Assembly: GCA_964016885.1 (NCBI GenBank)
Contig: OZ024748.1
Span: 31,806,001-31,870,000 of the forward strand
DNA length: 64,000 nt
DNA from: Eledone cirrhosa
Taxonomy: Eukaryota
Reading direction: 5' to 3'
This document shows positions 45,640 to 60,850 of the stretch, one piece after another. Each line of letters starts with the position of its first letter. Within the stretch, counting starts at the first letter, position 1. Made by a program: the position numbers and the translations under genes. The notes below the pieces were generated by a model. It was not told the origin of the DNA. It did no database searches and saw only the letters and a program-made list of their open reading frames with translations.

Positions 45640-47681
45640 AAACTATGAAAAACTTAGAAGATATTAATATGGAAGGCTATAATATAGTATCCAAACTAGG
45701 GCTCCAGAGACATACACAACCTTACACCCTAAACCCCCCTAGATTCTCTCTGAAGGACTATAAGGTAGACTTCATTAGCAACCCCTCGATTAGACTAATC
45801 TGCCCCTCCAGGTCTGACATTGGCATTATCAGTAAAAAAATCCTAGACAAAATCATCCCACAGATTAAACACAAGATTTACCTTAAGCAATGGGGAAATA
45901 CGGGTGAAGTGATTGAATGGCTCAAAAATATCATAGATAACAAGGATAAAAAATTTATCCAATTTGATATCAACTCTTACTACACCTCTATTTCCCCTAT
46001 CTTACTAAATAAGGCACTTATAATGGCCATGGACAATAGTGACTTGACTAGACCCCAGATTGATGTCATACTTGCGGCCCGTAAAACAATAATCACCTTT
46101 GAGGACCAATTATGGACCCGCAAGGATACGCAAAACAACTTCGACATTACTATGGGGTCTAGTGACTCGGCGCAGGTCACTGATTTGGTTGGCCTATACT
46201 TACTTAACCTAATCCACAGGGAACTTCCGTACCTCAGCGGTGGTTTGTATCGCGATGGTGCACTCCTACTTATAGACTATAAAAAATTCAATATAGAAAG
46301 GACTAGAAAACTATTGCACAAAACATTCAAAAACTTTAACCTTAGTATTACCATGGACAAAAACACCAAAAACGTCAACTTCCTAGACGCCACACTCTAC
46401 TTAGACTCAATGATATATGCACCTTTCCACAAACCTAATGAAAAACTCATCTACGTAGATACCAAGTCTAACCACCCTAAATCTATATTGAACTCTATCT
46501 CTAAGGGAGTATCTAATAGAATCTCTAATCTATCCTATGACATAAACACATTTAACAATAACTCGCAGTATTATAATCAGGCATTAGCTAGATCAGGCCA
46601 TAATACAGGGATAGAGTTCCTACCTACAAAAACACATAGCTACAACATCATTTCACACAACATGTCCATGAGAAAATTTAATAATAAGAATAGCAACTGC
46701 ACACACACTAATAGGGATTGTAACAACAAGAGTAACCCGCACCACAGAAATGACCATAGGAACATTAAAGGAAACAAATCACCAGACATAAAAAACATAA
46801 AAAACAGAAATAGAAGAAGAAATAATACATTTTTCAACCCTCCTTTCAATTTAAACGTCTCTACCAACCTTCCTAGGGATTTCTTCTCACTACTAGATAA
46901 ACACTTCCCATCCGGCCACAGGTACCACGGCCTTTTAAACAAAAACACTATTAAGATCTCATACTCTACTACGCCCAACTTAGCATACCACATAGCTAGT
47001 ACAAATAAAAGAAAAATTAATTCTTACTTCCAACAAACTAAATCACAACGGTCGATAAACCTTCAAAATAACATTCAAAATGACAGTCAAAGTAACATTA
47101 TAACTAATAACCGTAATATCAATGGAAATAGTAGTAATAGCACTAGTGTAAACATTAACGCTGCGTACCACAACCCGCATAACCATAATCCTATAGCTAA
47201 CCTCCAAACTTCTACACAGCATAGTAACCGGCAGACTAGCACCCAGAGTAATTGTAACTGTAGATCAAGTAGAACCTGCCCTTTAGATAAAAAATGCTTA
47301 ACCAAGGATATCATATACTCATGTACAGTCACAACTAACAGCTCTTCTGAAACCTACATAGGCTCCATTTCTAACTGCTTCAAAACTAGATACAATTCGC
47401 ACCTCCACTCTTTCAAAAAACACAGTCTAGCCAACTCCACTTCACTATCTAGCTACATACACTATCTAAAAACTAAAAATAAAATATATACACTTAAATG
47501 GGAAGTGGTAGGTAGTGCAACATCGTACAAACCACCTGATAAATTTTGTAACCTCTGTCTACTAGAGACCCATACTATCCTATTCTCTAAACATAATCTC
47601 CTTAATAAAAAATCAGAAGTGTTCGCAAATTGCCAACACCGCTTCCGACACTCGTTCCAAAACTTTAAACCCTATATATAA
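45640..47681 (+). pseudogene. PLE RT plus GIY-YIG; open frame but catalytic YRDD changed to YRDG
   Basis: FIQFDINSYYTSI, ITMGS, GGLYRDG (the sister copy at 53.3 kb has YRDD), CNC..CP..C, IIY..YIG. Confidence 0.85.
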
Positions 47682-49220
47682 TAATGTCAGACTGGAACCG
47701 GCACCACCCCTAGCAATTAACATCAGTAGCACACCTTACACCTCACATCCACACCCATCTCTATACCCTAAAGATAATACTGACAGCATTTGAGTGCCAC
47801 CTACCCTGGGAATACCCCCTTGTACCTCTAATACTGATATCCCGACCGTGGACTACTTATTCTGCATTGCACAAATATAAGATTAGTATAAACTGGGGAC
47901 ACGGTACTCGTTGTGATAGCATAGTCCTGTGCATAGATTACCACCAAGAGATAGATTGATGATTAGATAGATAATCGTATTGTTAAGTGAGTATATACTG
48001 TAAGCGATCAGTTCATTGAATTATGAACGTAATCATCTTGATGTGGACTCCTTTAATACCTATTAATAGACTCCACTCTAGCTTGGAAATGAGATACATA
48101 ATTGATTTATATTTGAGACGGGGGTTGTCTATTACCTGATGGCCAGACTAGTGCGTTTATATGAGAGATCGGATCTCCGGACCATACCGAAGATTTACTG
48201 GAGATGCAGGCAAGCAATGACCCGGAGCCTACCGGGTGGCATATATAATAGTGGGACCATACCAGGTCCTACTGTTGTATTACATTTGCATGGAGCAGTG
48301 ACTTGAGAGTCCGACTCCTCTTATAGAACGTTCAGATATGACACCCCTAATTATTGGTTGGCAATCATCCTAGTATATACACCCTTGTACTTCTTAATGA
48401 ACAACTCTCTAACTTATAAATGGGTACCATACTCTAGATATTAGTTATAACTTCACATGATAGGCACGTATTTGAATCACCATTAATGTAGTTTAGCATA
48501 GTAATGTAACTAAAATAACTAGCTAGTTACCTCCCCTTACGCATTAATTCCCCTTAATCATTCAGGCACTTCCGGAATTTGGACAGCATGATATATTAAT
48601 TAAGAACGGACTGGATACCATTTATAGCTTGACTATATGCTGAACCACTGCGAATTATATGATAGACGCGTGTTCTCTATATATATATTGCGTCTCACGG
48701 ATTATGTGACTGGTGGTGTGAGCAAGGACAGTGGTACGACCTTGCCTACGATACAATAAGGTTTATAGTATGTTGAAGGTTTTTGATATTTTGGTGTTTC
48801 CCCGCATCCGAGACTGTATATCATACAGATGTATGAGAATTAATGACTTATTAATTCAGCCTATATTATTAGATTGATTGCCTGCTTCAACTGCCTGACC
48901 CTGCAAATATCATTCTGACGCACTCTAATCATGTATAGATAAGACAAGCGTGCATGCTACACGGGAGATTGCATCATGCACTGACTACTCTAAGCTTTCC
49001 TCTTGCTTTATCTTCATAGACTGCCTACGCTTCATGTTTATCTTTATTTTCACTCTTGCTTTTATTTTATTTTATTTTATTTTATTTTTATCATGTAACA
49101 CTTTATATGTAAATTGCCATGCTGTTTCATTTGATGAATGTCACCCCACTGTTGATCAATATGCGCATATGTTTTATGTGTCTCTTGGGTTGAAAAGGAG
49201 GTCAAGTATGTTATAAATAG

Positions 49221-49269
49221 TTGCTCCGAGGAATCCAAACCTCGGTTTGGAGGAAACAATTGTAAGCAA
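49221..49269 (+). ncRNA. HHR variant with CCGAGGA core (family H)
   Basis: ttgct-CCGAGGA-a tccaaac ctcg gtttgga g-GAAA-caattg-TA-agcaa; related copies at ~45463-45507 (-), ~51874-51921 (-), 56363-56410 and 59522-59570. Confidence 0.72.
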
Positions 49270-49470
49270 ATAAATGACTTAAACTGAACTTTGATTACTG
49301 TAATCTCTATATAACTGCTCTGTATAACAACTGATGTTATTACATTCAGCTATTTAACTTACTGGTAATAGGATAGTAATTAAAGACTATCTCTCACTAT
49401 TTAGGGTTTGTGTATATATAATATATTACCATCAAAGGTTTTATTGCATACATAACCATAAATAGTACCC

Positions 49471-49476
<6 letters not shown>

Positions 49477-49544
<68 letters not shown>

Positions 49545-49593
49545 ATATATATATATATATATATATATTGTATATATATATATATATATATAT

Positions 49594-49679
<86 letters not shown>

Positions 49680-49736
49680 ATATATATATATTGTATTTAT
49701 ATAAATATATATATATATTGTGTATATATATATTGT

Positions 49737-49819
<83 letters not shown>

Positions 49820-50022
49820 ATATATATATTGTATATATATATTGTATATATATATATTGTATATATATATTATACATATATATCGTATATATATATTGTA
49901 TATATATATTGTATATATATATTGTATATATATACTGTATATATATATAGTATATATATATATTGTATATATATATATATATTGTATATATATATATATT
50001 GTATATATATATATTGTATATA

Positions 50023-50112
<90 letters not shown>

Positions 50113-50126
50113 ATATATATATATTG

Positions 50127-50200
<74 letters not shown>

Positions 50201-50210
50201 ATATATATAT

Positions 50211-50272
<62 letters not shown>

Positions 50273-50283
50273 ATATATATATA
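49477..50283. repeat. (TA)n-TTG satellite, partly duplicating 45051-45445
   Basis: Shared landmarks ttgtacacacac, tatcgtata and tactgtata. Confidence 0.85.
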
Positions 50284-50689
50284 AATGAAGTCATTCCGTC
50301 GGAAAAGTCCAGGAAAAAAGAGTGTTCTATGTAGGTTACAGAGCTTAATAATTATGTAATAAACAACATAAGGCAATTATTTCACTTACCAGTGGTTTCT
50401 TAAAAGCAAACAAATTTTGCTTTCAAGCATCAGAATGAAAAAATCCTGCTGTATTTATTGACATTGGATTTTAAAAACAAAAATATAATCTGTATCTAAA
50501 TGAGGCTGGAAAAGGAAGAAGGAATGGAAAAATAAACACACATGCACACACACACAAACACATACACACACACATATATACATACACATATATACACACA
50601 CATACATACACACACACACATATATATGTATATATATACATACACATACATATACACATACATACATACACACATATATATCAATATCG

Positions 50690-50768
50690 ATACATACACA
50701 TACACACAAATACACAAACACGCACACACACACACACACACATGCATATATATATTTCTATACTTTTA

Positions 50769-50827
<59 letters not shown>

Positions 50828-51244
50828 CATACACACAATCATACATATATACACACGCACATACACACACATACATACATATATATATATATATACGCAT
50901 ACATACGCATGCACAAACATAGATATATGTACACACACCTACATACGCACACACACACATAATTATAAGAAAACATATAATAATAAAAATACCGTCACAT
51001 AAGAATAAAAATGAATAAAAAATTATTATAAAGTTGACAGCAATACAGGCAACAAATAAATGAATAAACACACGTTGTAAGCAATACACGCAATTACACA
51101 TACACATACATATGTAAAAATAAATACATACACACACACACAAACACATACATATACATATACACATACATACACATACACACAAATACACAAACACGCA
51201 CACACACACACACACACATGCATATATATATTTCTATACTTTTA

Positions 51245-51283
<39 letters not shown>

Positions 51284-51660
51284 CATACACACAATCATAC
51301 ATATATACACACGTACATACACACACATACATACATACATATATATATATACGCATACATACGCATGCACAAACATAGATATATGTACACACACCTACAT
51401 ACGCACACACACACATAATTATAAGAAAACATATAATAATAAAAATACCGTCACATAAGAATAAAAATGAATAAAAAATTATTATAAAGTTGACAGCAAT
51501 ACAGGCAACAAATAAATGAATAAACACACGTTGTAAGCAATACACGCAATTACACATACACATACATATGTAAAAATAAATACATACACACACACACAAA
51601 CACATACATATACATATACACATACATACACATACACATATACATATACACACACACACA
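50690..51660. repeat. Tandem duplication (~460-475 bp) of a CA/TA-rich unit
   Basis: catgcatata..tacttttaat at 50741/51217; accgtcacat at 50991/51447. Confidence 0.85.
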
Positions 51661-52359
51661 TATATACATAGTATTAAGGATACTGTTTATGGTTATGTAT
51701 ATACTAAAACTTTTTATAGTTATATATATTTTAAACCCTAAACAGTGAAAGACAGTAATTTATTACTACCTTATTACCAGTAAGATAAATAGCTCAATGT
51801 AATAACATCAGTTATTCTACAGAGCAGTTATATAGAAATCACATGAATCAAAGTTCTGTTCAAACCATTTATTAGCTTACAATTGTTGCGTCCAAACCGA
51901 GGTTTGGATTATTCGGAGCAATTTTTCAATGATTGTTTACATACATGACCTCCTTTCCAACACAAGAGACATCCAGAAACATATGTATATATTGATGCAC
52001 AGTGGGGTGACATCCATTATAATATTTTAGCATGGTAATTTACATTCAAAAATTAAAATCATATTAAAAGAAAATTAAAACAAAATTAAAGTTAAAATAC
52101 AACATCGGCAGTTTACGAAGATAATGCAAGAGGATAGTTTTAAGTAGTTAGTGTATGCAATAGTTACACGTGGGGCATGCACGTGTGTCTTATTTATATA
52201 AGATTAATGTGCGGCAAGGTGTTATATGCAATTAAGCACTTTAAGCGGGTAAACAAGAGTATTATGGGGGTTGTACTGGTAAAGTATTTTTTATGTATGA
52301 TAAGAAGCTTGTGTGCAGAGAAATATTAAAAATGAGAAGCATAATAATGTTATTGATCG

Positions 52360-54720
52360 ACAGTGTAAACTCCTTTATCAATAGTGTGAGATGGAGGACA
52401 TTCTATTATGATAAAAACAAATCTAACAAGGTTAATAATACTAACAAATTCGACTCCTTCGGCTTTAAAACCTTTAGAAGCCCCCCTCACAACACACTAC
52501 TAAACTCCTTTGAAAATGACCTAATAAAACTAGTTAAGAACATTAAATACAAAAAGCAACATAATGAAAACAACACCTTCTTCAACAAACTTAACACCTC
52601 TATTAATGAATTCAAAACTAGTAATAAAATTATTGTACATGCGGACAAAACTAATAACATATACAGCCTAGATTATAATACATATAGAAAGTTTATATAT
52701 AATGAACTACATAAAAGCTACAAGAAAACTACTATGAAAAACTTATATGGAAGGCTATAATATAGTGTCCAAACTAGGACTTCAGAGACATACACAACTA
52801 TATAACCCAAAACCCCCTAGATTCTCTCTGAAGGACCATAAGGAGGACTTCATTAGCAACCCCTCGATTAGACTTATCAGCCCTTCCAAGTCTGACATTG
52901 GCATTATCAGTAAGAACATTTTAGATAAAATCATCCCACAGATTAAACACAAGATACACCTTAAACAATGGGGGAAATACGGGCGAAGTTATTGAATGGT
53001 TCAAAGATATCAAGGATAACAAGGATAAAAAAATTCTTAAATTTGATATCAATTCATACTACACCTCTATTTCCCCTATCCTATTAAATAAGGCACTAAT
53101 CATGGCCATGGACAATAGTGACCTGACTAGACCCCAGATTGATGTCATTCTTGCGGCCCGTAAAACCGTAATCACCTTTGAAGACTAATTATGGACCCGC
53201 AAGGATACGCAGAACAACTTCGACATAACCATGGGATCTAGTGACTCGGCGCAGGTCACTGATTTGGTCGGCCTATATTTACTTAACGAAATCCATAAGG
53301 ACCTTCCATACCTCAACGGTGGTTTGTACCGCGATGATGCACTTATAGACTATAAAAAATTCAATATAGAAAGAACTAGAAAACTATTGCACAAGACATT
53401 CAAAAACTTTAACCTTAGTATCACCATAGACAAAAACACTAAAATCGTTAACTTCCTAGACGCCATCCTCTACCTAGACTCAAAGATATATACACCTTTC
53501 CATAAACCTAACGAAAAACTGATTTACGTAGATACCAAGTCTAACCACCCTAGATCAATATTAAACTCTATCTCTAAGGGAGTATCCAATAGAATCTCTA
53601 ATCTATCCTATGACGTAAAGATATTTAGCAAAAACTCGCAATATTATAATCAGGCATTAGCTAGATCAGGCCATAATATAGAGGTCGAGTTCCTACCTAC
53701 AAAAACACATAGCTACAACATTATTTCGCACAATATGTCCATGAGGAAATTTAGTAATAAGAATAGCAACCACACCCACACTAATACGAAGGATGCCAAC
53801 AAACGTAACCCACACCACAGAAGTTACCATAGTACCATAAAAGGAAACAACTCATCAGACATAAAAAACAAAAGTAGAAGAAGAAATAATACATTTTTCA
53901 ACCCTCTTTTCAATCTAAACGTCTCTACCAACCTACCTAAGGCTTTCTTCTCACTCCTAGATAAAAACTTCCCATCTGACCACAAGTACCATAGCTTTTT
54001 AAACAAAAATACAATTAAAATCTCCTACTCTACTACGCCTAACATAGCATACCACATAGCTAGAAGCAATAAAAGAAAAATTAATTCTTACTTCCAACAA
54101 ACTAAATCACAACAGGCGGTAAACCTTCAAAATAACATTATATCAACTAACCTTGATAACAATAGTTATAATAGTAATAGCACTAGTGTAAGCAATAACG
54201 CTGGGAACGACAACCCCATAACTATAATCTTACAGCTACCATCCAGACTTCTACACAACATGATAACCGGCAGACTAACACCCAGAATAATTGTAACTGT
54301 AGATCTAATAGAACCTGCCCTTTAGATAAAACATGCTTAATCAAGGATATCATATACTCATGCACCGTCACAACTAGCAACTCTTCTGAAACCTATATAA
54401 ACACTACTTCAAACTGCTTCAAAACCAGATACAATTCGCACCTCCACTCTTTCAAAAAACACAGTCTAGCCAACTTCACTTCACTATCTAGCTACATACA
54501 CTATCTAAAAACTAAAAATAGATCTTATACACTTAAATGGGAAGTGATAGGTAAGGCGACATCGTACAAACCACCTAATAAATTTTGTAACCTCTGTCTA
54601 CTAGAGACCCATACTATTATCTTCTCAAACCATAACCTCCTTAATAAAAAATCAGAAGTGTTCGCGTCATGCCAAGCACCGCTTCCGACACTCCTTCCAA
54701 AACTTTAAACCCAAGATATA
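52360..54720 (+). pseudogene. Frameshifted PLE RT plus GIY-YIG
   Basis: [17 protein letters not shown]; split over ORFs 52293, 52747 and 53231 with an in-frame TAA near 53186. Confidence 0.88.
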
Positions 54721-55631
54721 GCAACGTCAGACGTGAACCCATCACCACTTCTAGCAACACACCTCAAGGGCACACATTACACCACAACTCCACACTCAAT
54801 GATCCACCCTATCTTAACACAATTAGTGACATCTATCTAGAACCTTTTACCCTAGAAATATCCCCATGTACATCTACTTTTAGTATGATTGCCTTCAATT
54901 ACTTAGACTACATTACACCACTATATAATTAAATGTAAACTTTTAACACTGAATTGTTTGTGCTATTGTTGTTCTATGTATGGATTGCCATCATTGGATA
55001 AATAGAAGATTAATTTATTAACATAAAAGAGCTATATAACCTATATGTTGAGTACAATGAATTATGTACAAGTGGTATATGAGTTATACATACATGTATG
55101 ACATACATGATAGACAGATTAATGACATTGTAAGTGAGAATTGCTCTCTGGTCTACCCTAGAGATATTTAACTTTGCCATACAATCAGACATGCGCTGAC
55201 CCAGAGCTTACCATGGGTTGTATATAGACGTAGTTCTAATAAAACCCTGCCAGGTTCTGTGGGTAGACTACATTTACAAAGATCATTGATTTGAGATCTG
55301 ACTCTTCATGTCGAATATTCAGTGATGGCACGCTATGATAGAGGGTAATCATCCTAATATGGATACCTTTAGTACTTCTTGATAGAGTAGACTGTAATTT
55401 AAAGATAGGATACTTAAATTTAGAAACTGTTCATAACCATATATGTAAGGGACTTTTGGGACACCGTTTAATGTACATTGGAATAATAAATTTAGTTATA
55501 GAAATCAGCTAGTTACCTCCCCTCATGCATTAACTCCCCTTAATCACACACATACTTCCGGAAAATAAAACGATGTAAACAAAAACAACCTGCACTTAAA
55601 ATTGGATTAAAGAACAACATGCTGTAATAAT

Positions 55632-55819
55632 TGTTTCTACTTTTGGCACAAGGCCCGCAATTACTCAGTGTATTACTGGTAGTTTATTTTATCGACCCCG
55701 TAAGGATGAAAGGCAAAGTTAACCTCGGTGGGATTTGAACTCAGAATAGCAAGGGACGTAACTCTATGCGTCAAAGCATGGCGTCCGACCTTCTACCGAT
55801 ACTGCCAATCCTCCGCCCT
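55632..55819 (-). mobile_element. tRNA-derived SINE with 16-bp TSD aacatgctgtaataat (55616-55631 / 55820-55835)
   Basis: A-box-like tggcagtatcgg, B-box gagttcaaatcc, central gcctttcatcc..ggggtcgataaaat (Meta-domain-like, from memory). Confidence 0.85.
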
Positions 55820-56452
55820 AACATGCTGTAATAATCTAACCTAATATATCAAGATTCAAATACTGAATCATCGTGAATTATGTGAAGGACATATAATCTA
55901 ATAATTACGTTTCCTGGATTGTGAAAATGGTGGTGTATACGATAACCATAACATTATTTTGCTTCTCATTTTTAATATTTCTCTGCACACGAGCTTCTTT
56001 ATCATACATAAAAAATACTTTACCAGTACAACCCCCATTTAAAGTGCTTGTATTGCATATAACACCTTGCCGCACGTTAATCTTATATAAATAAGACACA
56101 CGTGCATGCCCCACGTGTAACTATTGCATACACTAACTACTTAAAACTATCCTCTTGCATGATCTTCGTAAACTGCCGATGTTGTATTTTAACTTTAATG
56201 TTGTTTTAATTTTATTTTAATATGATTTTAATTTTTGAATGTAAATTGCCATGCTAAAATATTATAATGGATGTCACCCCACTGTGCATCGATATATACA
56301 TATGTTTCTGGATGTCTATTGTGTTGGAAAGGAGGTCATGTATGTAAACAATCATTGAAAAATTGCACCGAATAATCCAAACCTCGGTTAGGACGAAACA
56401 ATTGTAAGCTAATAAATGGTTTGAACAGAACTTTGATTCATGTGATTTCTAC

Positions 56453-56526
<74 letters not shown>

Positions 56527-56530
<4 letters not shown>

Positions 56531-58950
56531 ATAATAATAAAATTGAAGACTAAAATCCAAAGAGGGCTCGATAAGGAAAATATATATCAAATATATAAGA
56601 ACCGTAGAGCAAATATTTATTAAAATAACAGATTAAATTTAAGCAAAGAATCGCTGCTTTCACCCTTAACGGGATCTTCTGAAACTAACAAAGTCAATCT
56701 GTAAACGCAGAACTGGATATTTCAAAAAACGTTGCAACCGGAGGAAGACAGGAAGACGATACTTTGGTTCGTGGTAACGTTCGCTGGCAAAGAACGGGAA
56801 AAAACGAATAATACGTCATTAATAGGAGCGGTGAAAAACAATTACGCGCAAAGACAAAACCACGTTTATGGTATAAAAGAGGTCGTAGACTAATGTTCTC
56901 TTAGGTGGTGCATAGAGACGTTCTCTGGCAATGAACGAAAAAACGAAGATAATAAGTCATATGTGGAGCGTGGAGAACAATAGCACGCAAAGACAAAACC
57001 ACGTAAATGGTATAGCAGAAATCGTAGACTAAAATTCTAACTAGGAGACCAAATGAATGTCCGCTACAGAGTTAAGAACAAAGTAAATAAATACAATACA
57101 GAAGTAATAGAAACAAATAAATACATACACGCAAACAGATACGTACATACACAAGCATACGCAAAACCTTACCATGGGTATACAAAACGACGCACATATA
57201 AATATGTGTGTGTGTGTGTATGCTTGTGTACAAATAAATACATAATTATATAAACGTATATAAGTAAATAAATACGTATATAACAAGCGCACACGCATAC
57301 CTACATAGAAATACACGAATGTTCGGAGACGTAAGTCAACTAAAACAAGAAGTACACATATACACACACACACACCATACGTACGAACCTGCACACTCAC
57401 GCGGACGCAAAACTCCCGTATACACATAGCCAAACCCTAAATACCAGAATATGTAAAAATTATACGCTATAACAGTCAAATATACGTACGAGAAGGTATA
57501 TATACCTTCACAAAACATACGGGTAATATATACTTACCTATGCAAATAAGTAAAGGAATAAACAAAACATATACTTAGCTCCCACATCAAGACGTAAAAT
57601 ATCCACGTATAGATCGTGCTATCCGTTAGGGTATAACGTGGGGCCGAAATACAGGAAAGTTTTGTGCAATTTATGTTTACAAGCCGAAATTGCCTCAGAT
57701 TTTTTGTTTAAGATGTGGTCTGTAGCGTAGAGTATTTCCAGGGCCTCAGCGGCGCAGAGGTCACATGGTCTTTTATTTCCGTTATACGATCTAGCCCTAG
57801 CTAGGATCTCCCAGTGTAACTTATATTGGATGTGGTTGTCTTTTAGACTCCAGATATAAGCTGAAAGTGACGTCATATTCCTTCTTAGAGGGAAACGAAA
57901 AGAATGGGTATGCATGTAAAGACGCTGCTTGAAACTATTGGCGGTTAACCCTATGTAGGCCCTACGGCACGTGGGTCTTACAACCTTACATTTGTAGACA
58001 ATGTTACTAGAGAGGCATTTCCCGGATAGGGGGCAATCAACCCGATTCCTACAATTACAGTTAGTACTAACTACAGGGTTGCACGTGTTCCTACGGCTAG
58101 GTAGTTTAGCTAAATTTGAAGCTGTGATGTTATGTGCAAGGTTAGGAGTCGTAGAGTAAGAAATTTTAATAGTATTTCTATTAAAAATGTTACTATATTT
58201 ATGTGTAGGGGGAAAATGCTTCGTAATAAGGGAAAGAAAGATCTTAGCTAATGGTGTGGCCACCTCCATATTATATGGTGGGTTAAACCAACAAATGCGA
58301 CGGGATCTATTTCTTCTAGGTCTATTTTCGTACTCTGTATATGCTACCTTATCGACAAGTCCACTTCGAGCAAGAGCTTCATTGTAATAAGTGGAATGGT
58401 CGTTGAAAATGCGCTCGTTGGTGGAAAGAAGGGAAAGCCTCAACGAAACGTTTCTTACCAGGTTCTTGGTTATGCTGGCAGGATGGTTGGAATGCTTACT
58501 TATGTAATGAAGCGTATCATTCGGCTTTCTATACGGGTAATACAACCCATTCAATAAATTGAGGGTAACGTCGAGGTAATTAACGACCGAGAGATTGGCC
58601 TCAACCTGTATAGAGAGGTTGAAGCCTTTAAAGAAGGCTGTGAGTTCTTTTCTGAACCTGTCGCAAGCACAGGTCCGCACTTAGTCATGGTCAAAAGACC
58701 ATCGTCACGGTACGCGCGTAATTGTTTTTCACCGCTCCTATTAATGACGTATTATTCGTTTTTTCCCGTTCTTTGCCAGCGAACGTTACCACGAACCAAA
58801 GTATCGTCTTCCTGTCTTCCTCCGGTTGCAACGTTTTTTTAAATATCCAGTTCTGCGTTTACAGATTGACTTTGTTAGTTTCAGAAGATCCCGTTAAGGG
58901 TGAAAGCAGCGATTCTTTGCTTAAACTTTAATCTGTTATTTTAATAAATA
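56527..58950 (-). mobile_element. 5'-truncated PLE family G with inverted pLTR 58714-58950
   Basis: 58714-58950 is the reverse complement of ~56612-56850. Confidence 0.87.
57619..58712 (-). pseudogene. PLE ORF from YRDD to GIY-YIG, with a frameshift just after YRDD
   Basis: taccgtgacgat (YRDD) at 58701-58712; VNYLDV, WFNPP, CNC..CP..C, IVY..YIG. Confidence 0.87.
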
Positions 58951-59169
58951 TATATATATATATATACATACATACACTCACGCACACATATCTATATATA
59001 AAAGAAAATACATAAATATTATATATATATAAAAAAATAAAAAGAATGAGAAAATGGTGGTGGATACGAAAGCCATAACTCTCTTTTTCTTCTCCTTTCT
59101 ATTTCTATTTTTCTGCACACATACTTTTTTATTATATACAAAAAATACCTTACCACTACAACCTCCATA

Positions 59170-59770
59170 ATACTCTTACCTACCCACGTAAAGTGCTTGT
59201 ATTACATGTAACACCCTGCCACACAATAATCATATATAAATGAGACACACGTAACTAACGCATACAATAACTACTACATCTGCCCAACAAACTATCCTCT
59301 TGCATTATCTATGTTAACTGCCGAATGTATTTTAATTTTAATTTTAATTTTGCTTTAATTTTGTTTTAATTTTGATATTGATTTTGACTTTGAATTTGAA
59401 TTGCTATACGGAAATAATATAATATAATATATGTCACTCCACTGTACATCAATATATACATATGTATCTGTATGTCTCTTGCGTTGGAAAGGAGGTAAAT
59501 TATGTGTACAAACATTGAAAAATGGTCCGAAGATTCCAAGCCTAGGTTTGGATGAAACAATTGAAGTGAATAAATGCTTTGAACATAGCTTTGATTCTTG
59601 TGAATTCTATATAACTGCTCTGTAGAACAACTTATGTTATTATATTGAGCTATTTATCTTACTGGTAATAAGGTAGTAATAAATTACTAACATTCACTGT
59701 TTAGGGTTTAATATATATATAACTATAAAAAGCTTTAGTATATACATAACCATAAAGAGTGTCCTTAATA
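59170..59770 (+). mobile_element. Solo pLTR related to family H with decayed CCGAAGA HHR
   Basis: Homologous to 56020-56450 and to the reverse complement of 51670-52240; ends ccttaata. Confidence 0.8.
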
Positions 59771-60040
59771 TTATATATAAGTATAGTATAAAGAGAGAGG
59801 AAGGGGGAAGAGGTAGGAAGTAGAATATAAGGTTGCACTTAGCAATGAAACGGTCGTAAATACCTGGATTAAATCCTTCTCATAAGTCTTACCTGTGTTT
59901 TCTCTTCTATACTTTATACTCCAAGATTGAACGGAATTCTTACAAACTTGTGGAGTTACCCCTAACCGTACGTTGAAGCCATCCATGAAACTGGCTTTCT
60001 TAACCAAAAACTGGATCACAATAAGCAATTTTTTGCTTCT

Positions 60041-60113
<73 letters not shown>

Positions 60114-60117
<4 letters not shown>

Positions 60118-60773
60118 CAGTCTCAATAGAAAATCTAAACTCTGACACCTGAACTCTGACAGCTGGCCATATTCACTGAACCAGAACATTTCTCCCAATC
60201 CCTTTTCCCTTGACCACTATCTCTCCATTGTCATAACATTCACTATAAAGACTACAGAATAGTTTTCCAAATAAGGGCGCAAAAATGTAATGAAAACTTG
60301 TTCACGTGACAGCCAAGTTTCATTTATAACCAACCAAAAAAAAGCCTTCGTGAGCCTCATTTTTTCAAGTAAAAAGAAATTCAAACACTCATATATGAAA
60401 AAACAACCTGTGACAACCCCCCCTCTCTTATTTGAAGAACTATTGTAACGCGAACTGGCGCGAAATTTATTATAATTATTGACAAACCAATCAAATTACT
60501 TCTCGAAAAACCTGGCCTTCGAGCCACTTTTTCAATATAAAACAAGTAACATTTAGAGACCAACCAGATGTGAGAAAAACCACAGACCCTCCATCTTCAA
60601 CTCACCTTTTGAAAAGCAGAAGAACTGCGAAACCGGTAAAGGAACCAAATAAATATATATATTTTTTTTTTAAATAAGACTTCAGTTGCATTTTCGATTT
60701 CATCCCTTTTTCTTTATACTTCCACTCGTGTAGGACACCTCGGTTATTTTTCATTTTGTAAAAAAAACCTCAC

Positions 60774-60780
<7 letters not shown>
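60114..60780. repeat. Longest copy of unclassified repeat X, TA-flanked
   Basis: 60566-60780 matches the 16.2-kb and 20.2-20.5-kb fragments; same terminus as at 20565. Confidence 0.65.

Positions 60781-60850
<70 letters not shown>

Larger units (their letters stand above)
45458..49476 (+). mobile_element. 5'-truncated PLE family H (copy 1) with inverted pLTR 45458-45641
   Basis: 45463-45641 is the reverse complement of ~49086-49265; ends ccttaata-(TA)n. Confidence 0.88.
51670..56450 (+). mobile_element. Decayed PLE family H (copy 2) with inverted pLTR ~51670-52290
   Basis: ~51835-52290 is the reverse-complement homolog of ~56005-56450; ORF homologous to copy 1. Confidence 0.85.

Noticed and set aside
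55720-55819. tRNA gene
   Set aside because: No cloverleaf; it has a SINE body and TSD
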